Translations under genes and position numbers: made by a program
The notes under the pieces: generated by a model
The model's database searches: none
What the model saw: only the letters and a program-made list of their open reading frames with translations
Told to the model about the DNA's origin: nothing
Shown: one piece after another, positions 55,461 through 64,000 of the stretch
Layout of the letters: every line of letters starts with the position of its first letter
How positions within the stretch are numbered: position 1 is the stretch's first letter
Assembly (NCBI GenBank): GCA_963718055.1
Contig: CAVQXZ010000005.1
Coordinates: 590,055 to 654,054 of the forward strand
DNA length: 64,000 nt
Source of the DNA: an uncultured Holophagae bacterium
GTDB taxonomy: Bacteria; Acidobacteriota; Thermoanaerobaculia; Thermoanaerobaculales; Sulfomarinibacteraceae
Reading direction: 5' to 3'

Positions 55461-56545
55461 CTACACCACGGTCATACAGCGACAGCCATTCCCCAGCGAG
55501 CTCAGGATCTTACGAGCGTACCAGGCTGAAACGATACACAATAGGAAGGAAATAGTCGGTACGTCAATCACCTTCTTTGACAAGACATAAGCCAGTGGAA
55601 TAGCGAGAACAATGTTGTCATACTCATGGTGGACAAGAACAATACACGATGCTATTGCTAAGAAACTCAGAATCAGGAGATCCTCATCGTCGCGCATTCC
55701 CAACGCGATAATCCCAGTCAGAATGAACAGGACAAACATCGCATACGGCGCCAGACTTTCTGCGGGCAGGCCCAATTTGACAAGGACGCCGAACGTGTCA
55801 ATGTCTCCAGTTACTGGGAACTTACTCAGGGCCTCTACGTAGTCTGCCACGACCGAGGGCGTGGGTGATCCAATCCACCAACTCGCAAGAAACCAAAGGA
55901 ACAACTGTGAAACTAATGCTACAGCCAAGATGTCAAACCGACGCCGTACCACGAAAAACAGAGAGAGAGGAAGTGTGAGAGTGAACTTCAGCCAAGAAAG
56001 CGCCAAGAACAAACCGGACAGTACACGATTTCTCCGAGCGAAGATGACCGCCAGAACGACGAAAGCCAGACTGAAGAACCCATGCTGTCCGTTGCCGAGG
56101 GCGGCACGGAAGGGCGTACAACTGACGAACAGCACGATCAGCCACAGCCGTGTCGAACGAACTTCCATCCCGGAGAGATGAAAAATGCCGATGAGGAATA
56201 CTGCTGTGAGCAAGAGATTCGACACCAACCACAGGTTCTTGGCGACGGGCGAGTCGAAAGCCGCGTATGGCCAGAGTAGAACGTAGGTCGACGCGGGATA
56301 GTCAGCATGTTGATTCAGGATGAACGGCGATTCCTCAGATCGAAGGGCGTCCCGTGCTACCAAATCCAGATAAATCTTGTAAGGGTTCTCTCGATCCAGC
56401 ACGAGTCGACTGGGGCTCCATTGGAAATCACCGCTCCCAGATTCGGTGAATGCAGCACGGTAGATTCCAATGAAAGAGAGATGGCTGCAATGACGGTGAG
56501 AAGAGCCAGGGCAGCCAATCTGAATCGCTTGACCAACTTCACCAT
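55461..56545 (-). CDS. GT87 (DUF2029)-like membrane glycosyltransferase; frameshifted
   Basis: GDFQW...NPY, DYPASTYVLLWP, GNGQ, WLKF, HHEYD; hydrophobic. Confidence 0.7.
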
Positions 56546-56897
56546 GAAGATCAGCCTGCCCCCGACGTGTATGAACCAAGATCATAGTGCGCCGTACGAC
56601 GCCTCCCAAGCGAATCGTCAATTCCTGCGAGCTTCGAGGAGGGGGCGCTACCACACCCGACGCCTCCTCGATGCCGCGCTCGGGGACTCCGCGTAGGTCA
56701 GACATGCCTTTCTCAGGCCAAGTGCATAATGCAGTGGAGGCGCCCGCGGGGCGAGCCATCTAACCTCGCCTTCTGGTCGAGCGGTCGACGAGTGGCTCGA
56801 GCTACGTGAAGACCATCATCACGCGCAGCGCCAATACGTGAATGAATCGACGCCCCGACGTCCCACAGCCTGGGTTAGGCCTCCGCCTTTCCTCGGC

Positions 56898-58077
56898 ATG
56901 TATTTTCGGTGTCCGAATCAACGCTCAACGATTACATCATTTGTCACTATCCCGTTCCTTGTGCGATAACTGGGAAGACACGCGGGGCGTCCTGGTTCGA
57001 GTCGGCCCTCGAACAGCCGCCCTCTTCACCCTCATCGAGTACGGGTTCACGATGACGGGCGCAAGGGCAGTGGCTCAGGGGCGAATGGAACTGCCCATGG
57101 GAGGGGGCCGGGTCGCCGGATATATGCAGCACGCGGAGTCTGCTCGTGCTCGCTGCACTTGTTGGCCTTCTCATGCTCGGGATCGTGCCCGCATTCCAGG
57201 CTCATCCGCTGTACCCCACTCTTGGCCGTCAGTTGGGCCCTGGTCGCCGGGCTCGGACCCTGGTGGTATTTTCTCTGCCGGGAAGACCTGACCAGACCCG
57301 CGGCCCTTACTATCACGACTCGCCTTCTGGCCACCGTAGCAATCTTCGTTATTGTTCGTTCCCCAGACGACGGCTGGCGGGTCCTCGCCGCCTATGCACT
57401 CGCTTCGCTCGTCGATACCGTCGTGATGACGGTGGGATCTCCCGCGAAGGCGGACTCGGAGCCGCGCCGGCCTGGTCGGATATTTTCGGACTCTCGGTGG
57501 AGGGGGCGCCGGTCTTCGCGACAGGCAGGCGGTGGACTCTTCGGCGCAGCCGGACCTCGGGTTCTTGTGCGACTGCCACGCCGGCGCAGGCGTACTACGG
57601 CGGTGGCGACAAGATTGCGCGCTGGGCCGCAGCCGCTGAACACGGTTTCTCGAAGAATTTTCCCGCGGATGTCCGCGTCGGAGTCAGCCGACCGTGCCGC
57701 CGCTGCGCACTCCCGCCGCCGGCTCCTGAACTGGGGGTTGGCACTGGCCATTGCCGCGGCAGCGGCGGGCATTCCGTCGGCTCCTCGCGGTGGCGATCCT
57801 CTTTGGGCCTGGATATCAGTCGGTGGTCCCCGTTCTGCGGATTCTGCTGCTCGCGGCGCCATTCATGGCCATCACGGACATCATTGGAGTTCAGGGTCTT
57901 CTGGCTCGCGGGCACGACCGTACGTTTGCTCTTGTGGCGCTGAGCGTCAGCGCTGCTGGCCTTGGCGTTTCTGCAGGACTCGCGCTCGTGTTTTCACACC
58001 TTGGCATGGCAGTCGGCGCAACGTTGACGGAGGTCACCATGTCAGTCGATATGATTGTGGCGTGGCGGCGGGCATGA
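56898..58077 (+). CDS. Wzx-type oligosaccharide flippase; heavily frameshifted
   Basis: Fragments VTIPFLVR, LIEYGF, PWWYF, GGGDKI, LFGPGY, VLRILLLA, IIGVQGL. Confidence 0.65.
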
Positions 58078-58181
58078 GACGTAAGCGACCCGGTCAGCAC
58101 GATTCAGACATCCAGCTCGTAGTCGCGACGGGGTACAGCGAGGACAGGCGCGTCGTGAGTCGGCGTTAACTTCCGCTAAAC

Positions 58182-59210
58182 ATGCTCTCCCCATACCGGA
58201 TACCCTTCTACCATGGTCTCGGCCAATACAGGCTGTACGTCTCTATCAGGGTTTTCACCCTTCAAGAACCCAACGGATCTACGATCGCGCGGCGCTCGAG
58301 TCGGTGGTGCGCACGGGTGTACATCTCGCTCACTTCCCGGGTTTCACGTTTGATCTTCCACCACTCTCTAAACGGCAAAAATTCGCCAACTGCCGCGGCG
58401 GCTCGGCGCCACCCTCGATGCACTGGGACCAGATGTGGTCGTTCCAACCAATGGGCATTCGGACTCTCAAAGCTGTTCGGTGGGGAACCGAGCCAGAGTT
58501 CCCATCATTCGTGGGTGAACGCCACGACCCACACAGAACGCGCCAACTCCGCGCTGCGGGAAGCTTTTCGCCGAGGTTAGTCCCTGGCCCACCTAATGTC
58601 TTCACCAACGGAGCGGAAGGTGTGAGCTCAAGCCGCAGAGTCCTTCTGGTGGACCGTAGTCCAATCATCAGGGCTTCCGTACGCCGTTTCCGCCGATCTT
58701 GGGCGGCGGCGGTCCATGCGGCGCAACCCCAGTCAACTGAACTCAGACGCCAGCTCCGCCCGGATCACTGGCGCCGACTACTTAAGCAGATCATCCGCGC
58801 AAGCGCTCGGCCTCCATCCACTTATTTAGCCCCCCTCTCGGTAGAGGCAGGCGCCTTTGACCTCCTCGCGGTGGCGGAGGCCAGCACCCACTCTGCGTAG
58901 GCTGGCGACCGGCGTGGTGTCCGGGCGATATGGCATCCGTCTGTTCAACCCAAAGACCTCCCTCTGTTCCTTGGTGCGGCCATCGCTCGGCTCCTTCACT
59001 TGAGGACGAGTGGGGGATCGTACGAACGAAGGAGCCGCCGCGGGGCGGCCTTCGCTTGCCTCCAGTAAACGCGGGCGCACGCCGACCTCCTAGAGGATGG
59101 GCAGAACGGATTGGTGATCGATCCTCTCGATCGCGATCAGATGCTTCTTGCCCTGGAGCATGGTTGGCCATGGACTCCAGCCAGCGGGAAACCATGACCG
59201 CGGATCTTTG
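58182..59210 (+). pseudogene. GT4-like glycosyltransferase, fragmented
   Basis: LSPYRIPF...EPN, W...T.HTE, PSLEDEWGIV (degenerate EX7E region). Confidence 0.55.
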
Positions 59211-59459
59211 AGGTCGCCCTTTCCCAGACCTCAAGCACGGCCGTTATCCGCCCACGAAGCTCTGAAGAGCGTGACGGACAACTGGATCCGGCGAACGGAT
59301 CGAATGTAGCCTGCGGTCCGCTTCTAATGCTTCACGCCCGCTTCCGATCCGGTCCCCTTGCGAAAAGCAGCCTATATCTTCGCCGCGGCCCTAGGCATCG
59401 ATGGGCAATTTTGGATCCCCGTCGTCCGCCAAGTCCCGGTGACCGCCAGTTATGCACCC

Positions 59460-60494
59460 TCAACGAGTTTCGATCTTCCAGGGGCGATGCGATCGCCGGA
59501 TGCTTCGCCAGAAAGGGGCTCGTGGGTCTAGCGTCGTGATCTCTATCTTTAAACCATCGGAGACCCCGCTCCAGCTCCTGATCCAGCCTCGCGCGCGATA
59601 TGTCACTCCCAAAAGGCCCAGTTTCTTCAGTACATACTTCGTCGTTCGATACCTAAACACGGCATATTCAGGAATTCCTCTACCGAATAGTCTGGCGCTA
59701 TCAACTCTGGTTTTACGAAGCGCCACCCAATTTCTCTATCGGCAAACTCGCCAAACAAAAAGCGTGGGTTCCTGCTGTGAAGTGAATCTTAACCAAATCC
59801 AATATTAGGAATCAGATTCCAACGGGAATTATGGCAAGGGCATGGTTCTTATCATTGCAAAAGTCCACTGATAGTCCCATGAATCGATAGCCCCCTGGAG
59901 GATCGGTGAAAATACTGTAGCCAGTTGTTCTCCGAACGTAAGCCGGTCACACAACTCCGAATCGAATTGCACCTCACTAAATCATCGAATCCCGCCATCT
60001 AAGCTGTACTTTCCCCATGCTCGGCGCCACGAAGCCCAACCCCATGAGCGGATCCGTATGAAAGAATACGAAGCGGCTCACCACTCCTGGTCGACACAGG
60101 TACGGCAGTTCCGCCCACATGAAACACTCGCGTATCAGTTCTGTAGGCAAGGAGCATCTCTTGACAGAAACGGAAAAAGTCCGGCGATGCAGGAATCGCG
60201 TCTGGCACCATGCCCATCTCTTCGTGACAAAAGAACCAAGAAATGGCCTCACTTACCCCGCGGCGTGCACCCAGGTTGACGTCGGGGAAGAAGGTGACAA
60301 CGTCGCAGGGCGAGTCGACGCGTTTGATGAGGTTGCGCACGTCTTCCACCTTCGCGTTTCGTAGGGGGATCCCGCGCGGGGAGCGTCCACATAGGCGTAG
60401 AGACGCGAGGCTGCGCTGTTCGGATTTCGCGGAACACTCGTTCGGTAGTGTCTAGGCGATCAAAAGCGATGAGCAAGACCGGTAGGTCCATCAT
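59460..60494 (-). pseudogene. Nucleotide-diphospho-sugar transferase (HlpA-like), fragmented
   Basis: PVLLIAFDR, NLG.RRGVSEAISWFF, DFFRFCQEML, WGWASWRRAW, SWDYQW. Confidence 0.65.
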
Positions 60495-60564
60495 GGACCC
60501 CCCTTACACCTGGGATACCTCACCAATCAATAGATTACCGAGCGGAAGTGAGCCAAATGCGGTT

Positions 60565-61648
60565 CTAGTGTCCCGAGTCGCAAGTCCGTCTACAAAAGGG
60601 GCTAATGAAGCGAGCATCTTTTCGGCGGTTTTCGTCTAGACAAACGGTCTGGGATTTTCGTTGTATGTGTCGAGGTAGTTGTAGATCGCCGCTTCCAGCT
60701 GTCTCGTGCTGCGGTGGGTGCCGCGGCGGATCTGCTTTTCGGTCAGCGCGGCGAACCAGCGCTCCACGAGATTGAGCCAGGAGGCACCCGTCGGCGTGAA
60801 GTGGGGATGGAAGCGGGGTCGTTTGGCCAACCAGCGACGGATCAGGGCTGTCTTGTGCGTTCCGTAATTGTCGAGGATCAGGTGGCAGTCCAAGTCTCAG
60901 GGACCGCGGCGTTGATGGCGTCGAGGAACTTGCGGAACTCGATGGAGCGATGGCGACGATGACACTCACCCAAGACCTCGCCTGTCTTGATGTCTAGCGC
61001 AGCGAACAGCGACGTGGTGCCATGGCGGACGTAGTCATGGGTTCGCCGTTCGATCTGACCGGGTCTCATGGGCAGAATGGGCTGGGTCCGATCCAGGGCT
61101 TGGACCTGGGTCTTTTGTCGACGCACAAGACCATAGCCTTGTCCGGAGGGCTGAGATAAAGGCCCACGATGTCTCGGACCTTCTCAATGAACAAAGGGTC
61201 CTTGGACAGCTTGAAGGTCTCAAAGCGATGGGGCTGGAGGGCAAATGCCCGCCAAATCCGACTACCGCGCTTTGGCTCAACCCCGAAGCTGCGGCCATGG
61301 AACGTGTGCTCCAGTGCGTCGCATCCCTGGGTGCAGACTCCAAGGTCATGGCCACGACCCGTTCGACGTCCTCATCCGTGATCGTTCTCGGAGCTCCGGG
61401 TCGAGCCTCATCGAGCAGACCATCCAGTCGCTGCTCAGGAAACGCGCTCTCCATTTCCCTACCGTAACTCGAGTCGCGTTCACCTGTCCTGCAACGGTCG
61501 TGATCGGTAGCCCGTCGGCGCTCACCAGGATGATCCTGGCGCGCATCGCCAGCGCCTGGGCCGTCGTCGGGCGCCGCGTCCAACGCTCAAGCGTCGTTCG
61601 TTCTTCGTCCGTCAGCACCACAGCAGGAATTGGTCTCCCACGTGCCAT
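60565..61648 (-). CDS. IS630 transposase; frameshifted
   Basis: [64 protein letters not shown]; ends DSGH* inside the TIR. Confidence 0.9.
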
Positions 61649-61728
61649 CGGCGTCCTCCCCTTCATCATGAATGGAGGCTACACCGAAAGCAAAATATTG
61701 TAAATGAATTTCTAACTCAGGACACTAG
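60565..61728 (-). mobile_element. IS630-family insertion sequence
   Basis: Imperfect TIRs CTAGTGTCCCGAGTCGCAAGTCCGTCTACAA and (reverse complement) CTAGTGTCCTGAGTTAGAAATTCATTTACAA; CTAG at both ends. Confidence 0.92.
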
Positions 61729-62311
61729 GTGAGGACCGACGTCAGGTAAGGTTCACGTCGGTGGATTGAGCAGATGACGCACTTGACTGCGCGTCAGCGC
61801 GGCCCCGCCGCAACGTTGCCCGGTTGTCCCTCCCCGGGTCCGCAACAACGAGGCCAGGCCCTTCACTCGCCTCGTTGGGTTTTCAAGGCCTCACCATGTT
61901 TGTCCGGATGGTGCTGTTCGCTCTGCTCAGGCGGATTGATCCTCTCGAACCCTCCCACCGCTTTCGAATGTGATTCAACCGTGGCCGTCGCTACCAGTAT
62001 TCTCGTCCCGCGTGTGCTGGCTGCGCTCTGTGCCCAGGTCTTTCAGCGACTGAGGAGTAAATCCCCTCGTCCTTCATCCCCCCGAACGAGGTTGTCGCGC
62101 CCACAACACATCCGCGTCAAAGCATGACGCGCCTTCGGCAGAGGCCTCGATGGGGGGGCGAATCCCCTGCGCGCCAGGTTTCTTTCGCCACGCGGTAGAA
62201 GCTCGACCTGTGACCGCAGTCACGCCGCGGATTGCCCCCCATATCTAAAAAGGCTGCGGATGAGACATACGCAAGAGTGAATGAAGGCCAGGTTGTTCAG
62301 GAGGGTCACGT

Positions 62312-64000
62312 ATGCAACCGCAGAGGCCGACTAACGCCGATCCACAGCCCCATACCCTCCGCACCGCACGCCGCAAGCTGTTCCACGTTGGGGCGGATGA
62401 TTGGATTCGCCTTTTCGTGGTCCCCGTCCTTTGCTCCCTTCTGGTATGCACTGCCGAATCAACCGAATTCTATGTGGGAGTCAACCACCCGAACGCCTCC
62501 GACTCAAACAGCGGCCTGGCGCCGGATTCTCCGTTCAGGACCATTGGACGCGGGACGCAGGAAACTGGCCGGGAGATACCCTGAACATCATGGCTGGAGT
62601 TTATCGGGAAGTCGTTGAGCTACCTAGATCGGGAACCGCAGCCAATCGAATCGTGATTCGGGCGTTTCCCGGTGACGAAGGCGCCGTCGCCATCCGCGGT
62701 AGTGATGAGGTCACCGGCTGGACTGATGAGGGGAATAACACTTGGACCGTGTCCCGGTCACCCCTGCCGTTGGTGGCATACCCGTCCGACTGGCCTGACT
62801 ACGGCGCACTCTCCAAACGGCGTGAGATGGTATTCATTGACGGGAATCCGTTGACTCAGGTTCTTTCAGCGGGGGAACTGGCCGAGGGAAAGTTCAGGGT
62901 CGACGCGACGGCCGGCAGGTACTACGTGCGCTATTCGGGGATCCTCTATGACCGGCTCGTGGAGGTCGCCACACGTGATCATGGCATCGACGCCTATTGG
63001 ATCGATTTTGTCGTATGGAATGACCTGCGGATTGAGCACGTTGCAAACGACCTCTATACCCCTGCCATGTTCGTCAGGTCTTATCACGAGATTCGAAACT
63101 GCCAGGTCAGTAACAACAACATGGAGGGGATCAAGCCCTATGACGGGGCCGTGATCCTAAACAGCGTCGTCAACCGCAACGGTGGGGTCGGCATCAACCT
63201 CTCCGGCTCGGACTGTTTTCTCGATTCCAACGAGACATCCTACAACTCGTGGCGGTACGGTCCGGACTGGCATGCCGGCGGCATCAAGATGATTTACGAT
63301 AGGCCCACCAACAATCGGATCGTCCGGCATACGGCCAACTACAACAATGGCCGTGGCATCTGGCTGCATCATGGCGGATCAGGCAACGTGGTGGAAGCAT
63401 CCGTGATGGAAGGGAACAAGATTGCCGGCCTGTTCTTCGAAGCAACTGAGGGGCCAAACTGGGCCATCAACAACGTCATCGTCGGTACCGTGCGAGCGGG
63501 CCTGGCGTACCCGGAGGAGGACGGCACTGGCATCGCAATCCGTGAATCGTATGACGTGTATTTGTATAACAACACCATCTCCGGCGTTGAGGGCACCGGA
63601 ATCCTCATTGCAGGCAACGAAAGAAACGGCGGCCTGGACTACACGGCCAACACACGTGTGTACAACAACATCGTTGTCGACTCGGGGTCCGTCGCAGTTC
63701 ATTTCTGGGTGTGGGGCACCGCACGTGAGGAACCTCGGATCAGCTCCCATCACTTCGACAACAACCTCTACTATGGCTCTGCGACGGACGTTATCTTCCC
63801 CATCGTTTCTGAGCCCTGGGGCGACTATTACTGGTCGCTTGCCGAGTGGCAGACGAACAGATCCGAAGACTTGGAGTCGCTCTCTCTGCCTCCTGATTTT
63901 GTCAGTCCAGGAACCAACGACTTCTCACTCTCACTCGACAGCCCTGCCATCGACTCCGGAGACGATCTCGACGAGGTGACCGACGATCTTGTCGGCTGTC
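62312..64000 (+). CDS. Secreted right-handed parallel beta-helix protein (pectate-lyase-like); frameshifted, runs off window end
   Basis: FYVGVNHPNASDSNSG...PFRTI, GVYRE, GGIK, NNGRGIW, YNNT, SPAIDSG. Confidence 0.8.

Noticed and set aside
61730-62310. ncRNA or small gene in the intergenic region after IS630
   Set aside because: One hairpin near 61773-61798 and short ORFs without recognisable features; no support.
1-64000. Pervasive frameshifts as programmed frameshifting, phase variation or mass pseudogenisation
   Set aside because: They occur in housekeeping-type genes too, at inconsistent positions between near-identical paralogues and without slippery or SSR motifs; best explained by long-read indel error.

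Overview
High-GC bacterial DNA. The C-terminal 'FADGFESG' and 'PVELMxxSxE' protein tails suggest an Acidobacteriota/Thermoanaerobaculia-like genome (inference). Frequent single-base indels split most genes and look like uncorrected long-read error. Positions 1-26.5 kb hold a tandem array of five giant, minus-strand, signal-peptide-bearing paralogues (A-E). Each has its own sigma70-like promoter overlapped by a TGTGA-N6-TCACA-like box. The four whose 3' ends lie in the window (B-E) share the same two-hairpin 3' terminator and the C-terminal tail [10 protein letters not shown](I/V)E. The proteins are mosaics of two constant Ig-like scaffolds carrying interchangeable passenger domains nested at fixed loops, and long stretches are near-identical between genes. 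A 328-nt, ORF-less, internally deleted group IIC intron sits right after gene E's terminator. Positions 26.5-40 kb contain a secreted Xaa-Pro peptidase, FADGFESG-tailed secreted proteins, SUI1/YciH, a GH38-like enzyme, a BlaI/BlaR1(M56) pair with a clear operator, an AbiEi antitoxin with a truncated AbiEii, a cysteine-desulfurase-like gene, an FG-GAP protein and GTAG-type REP clusters. Positions 40-60.5 kb are a surface-polysaccharide locus (deacetylase-GT2 fusion, wecB, DegT, Gfo/Idh/MocA, WbpD-like acetyltransferase, radical SAM, membrane glycosyltransferases, sulfatase-like protein, flippase). The window ends with an IS630 element and a beta-helix protein. The best candidate for an undescribed system is the co-regulated scaffold-plus-swappable-passenger surface protein array with its short C-terminal tag.
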